A stretch of DNA of 20,000 nucleotides, taken from Elsinoe ampelina. Lineage: Eukaryota. Position 1 is the stretch's first letter. Each line of letters opens with the position of its first letter. The notes below the pieces were generated by a model. That model was not told where the DNA came from, made no database searches, and saw only the letters and a program-made list of their open reading frames with translations. Positions 10,987 to 20,000 of the stretch are shown piece by piece. The position numbers and the translations under genes are program-made. The DNA is taken from NCBI GenBank assembly GCA_010093995.1, contig ML992513.1, positions 861,663 through 881,662 of the forward strand. The letters run 5' to 3'.

Positions 10987-11452
10987 AGTAAGTTAAATAG
11001 GTTAGAGAGAAGCCTTAAAGATAAGAGGTACTAGCGAGTAAAGGACTAAATATCCCTATAGGGATAATAGCTTATAAAAGAAGATAAAGAGAAAGAAAGG
11101 AGAGAAGAAGAAAGAGAAAAAAGAGAAGAGGTAAAGAGGTAAAAGAGAAGCTACTAAGGTATAAAAGAGAGGCTAGGGAGATGCGAAAGAAGAGGCTATA
11201 AAGATATAAAAGAAACTCTTAAGTATAACACAAACAAAGAGAAGTATATAACGGGCAAAATAACACTATATACTTATTAGACAAGGACAAACAACTCGGA
11301 AGTAGGACAAGATAGAATTCTAGAGATAGAGTGCTCTCTTCTTAGTAAGAATAGAGGCCTTACTATAAGCTACTTACGTAAGGATTGCTAACCTATTCTC
11401 GAAGATATAATTCTATTACTATGCTACTTTATTAGATTTATCTACGCTTATA

Positions 11453-11745
11453 CCTACTAGCTAGTATACTAGAATTTAAGGGGGAGTATATACTAGGATA
11501 TATACTAAGGTATATACTAGGATATATACTAAGGTATATACTAGGATATATACTAGAATATATACTAAGATATATACTAAGATATATACTAGTATACATA
11601 CTAGGATATATACTAGGGCATCTACTAGCTAGTATACTAGAATCGAAGAGGAGGTATAAGCTAGAGTATAAGCTAGAGTATATGCTAGTGTATCTACTAG
11701 CTAGTATACTAGATTATATGCTAGAGTATATACTAGAGTATATAC
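11453..11745. repeat. 12-bp minisatellite array 1 with palindromic modules
   Basis: tatatactagRR units; three tactagctagta-tactaga modules near 11455, 11623, 11695. Confidence 0.9.
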
Positions 11746-12254
11746 TTAGGCACGTAGATAATATACCTTTAATCTATTATGTCTAGCTACTTACCTGCCC
11801 TTAATAATAGATATATAGAGTAGCTTACCTCGAGTAGATAGCTTAATTACTTATTAAAGCAACTAAAAAAAAGTTATTTGCAATAGAGATAAATAGCAAT
11901 AGTATGTTTAAACAATAGACATAATGTTTAATAGTATTAAATAGGAACTTAGTATCGTGTAGGAGTAGTATTATAATACCGCCTTTAGTAGATAAGAAGT
12001 AGCTAGCGATAAACACTTTAGTTACTAGTAGGTTACCTACATATATCGCGTCTAGATAGTAAAATCTATATACTAGTATCGAGGGAGAGAGCTATGCTTA
12101 CTCTCTTAGAGGCGCTCTATAAGAGCTATAAATTATTGCTCTAGTTACCTTAAGGCGCGCTACTAGCTACTCGCATAAGAATCGCCCTATACTAGGTCGA
12201 TTCGACGATAGACTAAGTATAGATACGAAGTAATAGAGCTTTATAAAATGTAGA

Positions 12255-13210
12255 CTAGTATATATACTAGAGTATATACTAGTATATATACTAGCTAGTA
12301 TACTAAAATTTAAGAGGGACTACCTACTAGGGTAGATACTAGCTAGTATACTAGAATCTAAGAAGAACTACATACTAGAGTATATACTAGGGTAAATGCG
12401 AGGGTAGATACTAGGGTAGATACTAGCTAGTATACTAGAATTCTAGAGGGAGTATATACTAGAGTATATACTAAGGTATATACTAAGGTATATACTAGAG
12501 TATATACTAGAGTATATACTAAGGTATATACTAGGGTATATGCTAGAGTATATACTAGAGTATATACTAGAGTATATACTAGAGTATATACTAGAGTATA
12601 TACTAGTATATATACTAGTGTATATACTAGGGTATATACTAGAATATATGCTAGTATATATACTAGAGTATATACTAGAGTACATGCTAGAGTATATGCT
12701 AGAGCATATGCTAGAATAGCTACTAGCTAGTATACTAAAATTCTAGAGGGAGTATATACTAAGCTATATACTAAGGTATATACTAGTATATATGCTAGGG
12801 TATATACTAGGGCATATACTAGTGTATATACTAGTGTATATACTAGGGTATATGCTAGGGTACATACTAGTGTAAAAGCTAGTATATAAGCTAGTATATA
12901 AGCTAGTATATAAGCTAGTATATATACTAGTATTCTTCGTATATAGCTAACAATAATATGCCTTTCTACTATCTTTACTAATGGTAGAAAGGCATATTAA
13001 TAACTTGTTTATGTGTCTGCTAAAGTATATAGAGTGTATCTACTAGCTAGTATACCGGAATAGTAGGGGAAGTATACGCTAGGGTATAAGCTAGGGTATA
13101 TACTAGTATATATGCTAGAGTACATACTAGAGCATATACTAGAATAGCTACTAGCTAGTATACTATAAATATAAGGGAAGTACATGCTAGTATATATACT
13201 AGTATACCTA
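12255..13210. repeat. 12-bp minisatellite array 2 with palindromic modules
   Basis: tatatactagag / catatgctagag units; six tactagctagta modules near 12289, 12338, 12421, 12721, 13041, 13149. Confidence 0.92.
12955..12998. repeat. 15-bp perfect inverted repeat (hairpin) embedded in array 2
   Basis: aatatgcctttctac (12955-12969) and gtagaaaggcatatt (12984-12998). Confidence 0.9.
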
Positions 13211-13291
13211 GCGAGCTTAAGATACTAGTAGCAAGCTTAAGATACTAGTTAAGAGTAGAGTTAGATTTTTAAGTAGACCTAGAGTCTAGTT
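13211..13291 (+). repeat. 20-bp tandem duplication followed by putative element-end motif B
   Basis: gcRagcttaagatactagtW twice (13211-13250), then gtagagtt-N12-agacctagagtct-agtt matching 4793-4829. Confidence 0.75.
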
Positions 13292-13305
13292 TTTTCATTT
13301 CTATT

Positions 13306-15400
13306 ATAGCACTATTAATAGCTATTAGATCCATTAGAAACAGAGTTAGAATCATTATAAGCGCGTAAGTAATTGTCTAAGACATTATTACATATATATA
13401 GATATATAGAGTAGTAGTATATAAGCTATGTAGATATTGTATATAGCTAGGGCAAGTAGCTAGCTATTTTAGAGACAGATAGCACAAAGAGATAGCATAA
13501 ATAGCTAAAGAAATTGCGCAATGTATTAGTAATTAGTTTAGAGTATTAGTAAAGAGCGCGTAGGATTTTTAGATACCTATAGGTATATAAGAGGTAGTAG
13601 AAAATATTCTAGTCTACTAGGATAGGTTATAGTATAGGTTATAGCTAGAAAGTTACATATTTATTACTAGGAGCAAAGAGAAAATAAGGAAGCATTATAG
13701 CTAGTATTACGATTAGAGGTAATACAAGGTTAGTAGACTAAGTAGGTTAAAGATAGTAGAGGAAGTAGAGGAAGAGCTAGTAGCATAGAGAGAGAATATT
13801 AGTTGCTAGAGGTTTTTTGTTTAGGGTCTACACTTAGGGTATTTTAAAGTAAATATGCTAGAGAGGATATAAGATAGAAGAACTATAGTGTAAGTAGGAG
13901 AGTATATTAAGTAGCAATAGGAGAGATTTATCACTAAGGGTATAAGAGAGATAGACACAATTAGAGAGAAGATAGAAAAGAGAATTAAGAATAGTAAGAA
14001 GGATAAGGTTAATTATTAGTTAGAGAGGACAGAATAGATAAAGTTTTTAGCAGGGTTTAACAGGAGGGATTTAGTAGAGAGTATATAAGAACTAGACAAG
14101 GATAATATATTAGAGAGAGTAGAGAGTGCTATTTAGATAGCAATTAGTAGGTTAGTAAGGATAAGCTAGTATATAGTTAGGAAGAAGGTAGGGATTTTTG
14201 TAAGGATAGAAGCTATTAGAAATAAGAAGGAACAGAAGAGATATGTACTATTAATAGCATATTAGGATAAACAGGCTATAGAGTTAAATACTAGACTATA
14301 GTAGTAGGTAGTAATGTTTTTTATAAGGACAAGAAAAATCTATAAGTAGAAGAGTCTAAAGTATAGATTTATAGATAGGTAGAAGAGGTATTAGGGTAGA
14401 ATAATAAGAGAAGCAGGCATATAAGTACAGTAAGAGAGTAATAGAAGAAGAAGAGGTAGCTAGTAGAGCAACAGATTAGAAAGTTAAGGATAGTAGAATA
14501 GATTAGGAAGTTAGAGATAGTAGAACAGATTAGAAAGTTAGGGGTAGTAGAAGAAGAGACAAGGCAGGGATAATAATAGGATTAATAAGGTAGTTAAGGT
14601 AAGAGAAGAAGTAGCAATTAATATATAAGAGAGAAAGTTAATATTATTATAAGAGGCAGTATTAGATTTTTACATTTCATTGTTAGACTAGAGAGTAAAG
14701 AGCAGTAAATATAAGTATACATTAGTTAAGAGAATTGCAATTTTAGGGGTAGACATTAATAGGTAGAAGGGAGTAGATAGATACCTACTAATTTTGTTAA
14801 AGTTAATTAAGGTAGCTAGGTTTATAATTGTGTAGAAGGCATATTATATAGTTAAGCTAGTTAATAAGAAGGAGATTATAGAGGATAGTAGCAGTTTTAG
14901 TAGTAGTAGTAATAAGAGTAAAGAGAATAAGGGTAGCTAGCCTAGTAGGATAGATTTACTAAGGTAGTAAAGAAGGTAAAGTAGGCATAATAGCTAGAGT
15001 AGACATAGTAGCCTAGGGATTTTTCCTAACGCATATAACGCATTTTTAGATGTAGAAAAATTATTAGATAGATTAGGAAGAGGTAGAGAAAATTTAGAAA
15101 GTTAGTAAAAAAATATTAGAGAGAAGAGAGTTATTACTATAGTTAAAGAGATAGTAGACAGATTTATAGTAAGGGGCACTAATTTATCTATGTAATAGAT
15201 ATTAGATTTAAGGACATATAGGTTAAAGTAGTATTATAGTATAACATTAGTAGGTAAGGTTAATTAAAGAGGTAATAATAAGTTAATTTATAAGGTGTTA
15301 TATTTTAATATAGATACATTTAGAGAGTTTATATATATAATATTAAAAGAGGCCTAGAAGTAGATAGAGAAGGAATTATTAAGAGAATTCTAGACACTAT
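13306..15400 (+). pseudogene. DUF3505/OrsD-type Zn-finger ORF (N-terminal part of a fungal telomere-linked/RecQ helicase-type protein), copy 1; RIP-inactivated and truncated
   Basis: One frame of ~700 codons. Restored motifs: VVCKPCRYCVWP...HF....H, MRKHC...H.W, CQRFF, EVNxWLERTxW, RPWQQVVMFF, LDFCISLL, YPPILSKLIKVARF, DRFMVRGT..MQWMLDLRTYGLK. Similarity is lost at ~15400. The start could be 13306 or 13357. Confidence 0.82.
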
Positions 15401-15898
15401 ATGTCTTAGGAGAAAGAGTATATTCTAATAGTTTTACTAGAGTAGAGTTAGAGTATTTTTCTAGATTCTAATAGGATTCCTAACCTCTATTCTTTAGGAC
15501 TTCCTAAGATTTTTTCCCTCTAAATTTTTTAAAGATTACTTATATTACCTAGGTCCTCTATAATACTTAGTATTATCTAGAATTATCGAGTATTACTCCT
15601 AGAATCTAGGTTATAGTATACTAGGACTGTCCTAAAAATCTTTTAAAGTTCCTAAGAAAATATAGAGTAGAGGTCTTAGTAGCTTTACTCCTAACAGTTA
15701 GGAACTCTAGAACATCCCTATAAATTTAAAGAGGCCTAGGCAGACTAGTAGATAGACATAGAATACATATTAAAGCAGAATAAATTTCCTAGTAAATAGG
15801 AGGTCTAAGAATCATAAATGACTCTATAGTACTTAGATTATATATATAGATATTGCTCCTAGAGTTATTAGGGAAATCCTAGAGCCTATAATCCTTAA

Positions 15899-18530
15899 TT
15901 AAATAATAGACAACTAAGATCTTTAGTAGAAATACCTACTTCCTCTCCTGTCTTTGTCTTTTCTAACTACCTCTTAGTATTCCCCTATCATTTTCTAGAG
16001 TCTAGGGTTCTTAGGATAGCTAGATTAATATTTAATAGCTTTTTATAATACTAGATTTAGATCTAGTAAGTATATTATATCGGTAGGAGTTAGAATAGAA
16101 TTCTTAAGGGCTTATAGTTCCGCTAGAGTATAGAGCTATAATTATAAGTCTATCTACCTAAAGGTTTAGGCTATTATTCTTATTGTATTACCTATTGTTA
16201 TATTACTCTAGGCAATAATAAACTTTTATAAGGAATTATTAGTAAGCATTTCTAGTTTAGCCCCTAGTAGCTAGGCGTTAGTTAGTATATCCTAAGTCTC
16301 TAGGGATTATAACCTAGGCCTTTTATATGCTATATTTATATACTTCTTTGTTATTATATTACTCTTTGTTTTATATGTCTAGCTACCTAGTATAACTTAT
16401 AGATCTTATATATCTCTTTTATTCTCTCTAGCTTTCTTTCTTCTTTTTCTTATTACCTTTATTATAGTAAGTTTACCCTATTATAGCTAGATCCTTATCT
16501 AGTCCCTTTAAGAGAGTTAAAGCAGCTAGAGATACTACTACAGAGATTAAATAGCTTCTAATTAGCTCTAGAAAGAACTAGCTTTATAGCTTACCTATAG
16601 CCTTTATAGCCTTTATAGCTTTTATAAAGCTTTTTACTAGTAAGAGATAGATATACCTAGTAGCCCTTTACACTAATAAGCCTAGTAGCCTTTATAGTAA
16701 TATATATAGCTCTATTTAGCCTATAGATCTTATCTCTACTGCTTTAACTCTACTAAGAGGCCTTAAATAAGGACCTTTAGTAAATGTAAGCCTTCCTAAG
16801 AACCCTAACTAACTATAACTTCTAGTTCTAACCTCCTAGCCCTTCTACAATTTTGCCTTCCTTCCTAAATAACTTCCTAAGCCTAGCGCTCTTAGTAACT
16901 ATTATAGCTCCTAGGGCCTTATATACTAGGACTCCTATAACCTTCCTAGCTACTACTAGAGACAGAGTTACTAACCTAAATACCCTAAGTAAGCCCTAAG
17001 TCTCTAATATATATCCTAATTTCACTAACACTTCTAGGCTATGCCTAGGTTCCTATAACCCTTCCCTTTGCCTAGCAGGTCTAGGCTAACCTCTAGGGAC
17101 TTAATATAGCCTAGCGTAATTCCCTAGATGCCTAGGTTAAACCCCTAGTTAACGCTAATCTCTAGGTCTTCGCTAGGACCGGTCCTAAGTTCTAGCTTAA
17201 CTAGCCTATTAACCTAAGGACTCCTAGAACGACTATAAACCTTTCTAGATCCAACACTAACTACCTAGTTTCTCTACTCGTCTATAGCGCTTCTAGGTAT
17301 ACTATCTACCTAGCTAGTTAGGAGTGTACTTCCTATACTTAGGGGAATAGCAAATATAACTCCTATATTACTATAACTACTCCTAATAGCACTATACTCC
17401 TAAGGGGCTCCTATACTAACTATAGCTTCTAGAACAATTACTATAGCTATAGCTTGTCTAGTACGTGTTCCTAAGTTTCCTAATCGATCCTAACTAACAT
17501 AAGTCCTAGACTACTAGAGAGCTTCTAGACGCCCCTCTACTAACCCTACCCCTATACGTCCTAGAGCTTCTAGACCTATAAGACGCCTTAGAGGTCTCCT
17601 AACCGACGATAAGGCTACTAGGGGCTTTCTAATTAAGCTTCCTAACAACTCTAACTCTTCTAAGAACTAGCACGCCCTAGACAATTTCTTAGCTCTCCTA
17701 GACAATATTAAGGCTTAGGTAACTACCCTAAGGGATAGGGGCTACCTAGTAGAGTAGGATAAGCTCCTAGATCTTACTAAGTCTAGGCTTATCTTTAATA
17801 AGGCTTAGGGCTAGTTAGGATTATATATGGCCTTAGGGCAACTTTAGGGGATATTAGGATAGAGTAGCTAACTCTCCTAGTTTTCTTAAGTGTAGAGTAA
17901 GTAAGTAGCTTTCCTAGGGTTTAGATAGCTTAGTCTAAGTGTTCTAGATGTTATAATAGGCTAGTAAGCTCCTAAATATTATAACTCTAGTTCTAAATTA
18001 GAAATCTTCACTAATAGTCTATTAAATTTCCTAGTGTTTCTATAATATATAGGTGATATAGTATCTTCCTAATATACCTAAGCCTTCTAACTTTAGGTTA
18101 GAATTCTAAGCTTAGCTAAGAGTTAGAGTAATCTTAGGGTCTTTCTATAATTTATGCCTAATATAATATTCTCCTAATTCGCCTAGACTTACTTACCTTA
18201 GGATTTTAAGCTAAGTATTTCTAACTATTAGGGTAGTTACCCTATACTACTAGAGTATCCTAATCTACCTAAGCCTACTATATATAGAGGCCTTGTTATT
18301 AGCTAATATAAGTATAGTTACTGTTTTGCCTAATTCTATCTAATTAGTAAGAATTCCTCTAGTTAAGCTATCCTTACGTTCTTAGTTAAGTATAAAGCCT
18401 GCTCTAACCCTAAAAAACTTAGACTGTATTTTTTTAATTTATATCTAGTATAGTAGCTTCCTAATTTGTCTAGGCCTACTAACCTTAGGGCCTAAACCCT
18501 AAGTCCTCTACGTCTTAGTCTACTAAACAT
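15899..18530 (-). pseudogene. RIP-inactivated ~830-codon ORF of unknown function, divergent from DUF3505 copy 2
   Basis: ATG at 18530; one minus frame to ~16345 with TAA/TAG stops and a single TGA. Putative introns at 16594-16538 (GTAAGC...TAG) and 16343-16271 (CTAAC branch, restores the frame). Ends KMIGEY*EVVRKDKD...LSII*. Confidence 0.62.
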
Positions 18531-18685
18531 CTAAGATCTACTATCCCTTAGAACCTTAGAAGAGTAGTCTAGAGCTTTAGAGGTTCTCTAATAAAGGTTA
18601 AGTCTCTATATAGAATACTAAGCTTTATATAAAAGGTACTACTATTTAATACTTCCTAGATCTATTTAGTTTACTTCTATCTACT

Positions 18686-20000
18686 ATAGTATCCTAGCAA
18701 GAACTATAGGTCTCCCCCTAGGTTTCCTATCCTTACCTAGTAGAAGAAACACCCTTTAAGTACTTCTAGTAGTTTAAAGTAATTATCTATATAGATTATA
18801 GGTTTACTATAATCCCTAATTAGGTTACTTTCTACCTAAAGAAGTATTACTCTTCCCTAGCAAAGAATAGGTAGTAGAATATTATTAGTATAGCAGAAGA
18901 TATACCGAATTTAGCAAGGAAGAAATTAGATATTTAGTACCTCTACCCTATAGCAGAAGTAATTCTAGAACTACCTATTTAAGGTCTAGGCTTTAAGTAT
19001 ATCTATAGAGATACTTAAAAAGGACAGTGTAGCTATATTACCTAGTATATTAAGGTTATATAATAGCACTATAGCTAGAAGTATAACTAGAAGAGTAACA
19101 AGTCTAGGGGAAAAAGTAAGGCTTAGAGAGCAAGACTAAGAAGTAATAAGATATAGGTTAGTAGTATCTAGAGCTAGAAGTTCTTTTAGGATAAAGCCTA
19201 GTAAAAGTCTTTCTAGGTTTAAGTTCTAGATATAGAAGTAGCACAGGAAAGACCTAAGGATAGGGTTAATATATAGTTAAGAATCTATTAGGACACTCTA
19301 AGTAGGAGAAACAACTAGAAGGTTATTTAAGGTCTAGGAAATAGATATAAGGTTAATCCCTAGCTAGAAATAATAGGTTAAATCTAGCATCTTATAGGAT
19401 TTAAGTAGCTTTAGGTCCTATAGGCTATTACTCCCCCTAGTTAGAATTTTGTCTTTTAGCTATATTAGCTCCCTAGAGCTAGAACATCCTATAGTTATAG
19501 GATAAAGTATAGAGTATACCTAATAATAGAGGAACAAGTAGAAGCTTAAGGACAAGTATAGGCTAAGAGAAATAGTTGCTTTAGGCACTTTACTAATTAG
19601 GAGGCATAGGAGAGAGATACTAGGCTACTAAGAGCTAGCAAGGCAACTAGTACACTTATTAGACTCTATATAAAGACTACTAAGTAGTCTATAGTAGGAA
19701 ATGTAGTTCTAGAGTTTATTAAAAGACTAGAGGTTAGCGGAAGTAAGGACTAGTAACTATTCTATTCTAAGTACAAAGTTAGTACTATTAGGAACTATAC
19801 TAATATTTAGGTAAAGCTACTAAAGTTTATCTAGAGGACCTAGGACCTAGCTAAGGGAGATAGACTAGGATATAAGCTACTAACTACACAGAGGACATTT
19901 CTAATAAATGTTATAGACTTAGTAAGATAAGATAATAGGGATAATAACATTAGGAGCTAACTAGTTAAGAGTCTTAGGCAATTCTAGCTATCTATATTCT
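18686..20000 (+). pseudogene. DUF3505/OrsD-type Zn-finger ORF, copy 2; RIP-inactivated, runs off the window
   Basis: Restored motifs: PFxHF..FxVIVCxDCRFAV.P..V..HLKKHH, C...CGY, MQQHC..KH.W, QKFF, EVNPWLEMTG, RPFYSK, YxxVWVKLLKFIWRT, FWLSMF. Same motif order as copy 1 but clearly divergent. Confidence 0.78.

Larger units (their letters stand above)
2300..20000. other. AT-rich RIP-mutated repeat block
   Basis: By eye: abrupt loss of CpA/TpG, strong excess of TpA (tag, cta, taa), CpG partly retained. Long reading frames are interrupted almost only by TAA/TAG at Gln/Trp/Arg positions. Confidence 0.95.

Noticed and set aside
7682..12685. ORF-track entries 7682-7876, 7891-8127, 7907-8170, 12443-12685
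   Set aside because: Low-complexity translations of minisatellites.
7438..13210. CRISPR-like arrays
   Set aside because: Units are head-to-tail without unique spacers, there are no cas genes, and the context is eukaryotic.
15402..15912. Possible LTR bounded by TGTCT...AGACA
   Set aside because: Flanks differ (ctata vs actaa), no gag/pol follows, and the minus ORF reads across the right edge to 15899. Not fully excluded.
13306..20000. Starship captain (DUF3435) or intact RecQ helicase call
   Set aside because: Motifs fit DUF3505, not DUF3435. No Walker A/DExH or recombinase catalytic motifs are visible in the window.
2300..20000. Alternative genetic code or organellar origin for the stop-rich frames
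   Set aside because: Stops coincide with a global CpA/TpG loss and grade into a normal nuclear gene, which RIP explains.

Overview
Filamentous-ascomycete genomic DNA spanning the boundary between a GC-balanced gene and an AT-rich block carrying the RIP (repeat-induced point mutation) signature. Bases 1-~2785 hold the 3' part of an intronless GH146/GH127-type beta-L-arabinofuranosidase gene with an inserted LamG module. It is broken by a frameshift at ~654 and by C>T/G>A stop codons that become denser toward the repeat block. The remaining ~17 kb has almost no intact ORFs, but reading through TAA/TAG stops by hand recovers a nested relic. It contains a Ty3/Gypsy LTR and gag cut off at ~4712; four decayed non-TE-like genes (one DUF3716-like); several minisatellite arrays with palindromic modules; and two divergent DUF3505 (OrsD, helicase-associated Zn-finger) ORFs, the second paired head-to-head with a long unknown ORF. 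A bipartite motif (GTAGAGTT-N12-AGACCTAGRGTCT) recurs with identical spacing at two junctions, suggesting the ends of a poorly described DUF3505/helicase-type mobile element. Family calls come from motif recognition on hand-translated, de-RIPped sequence, not from database searches.
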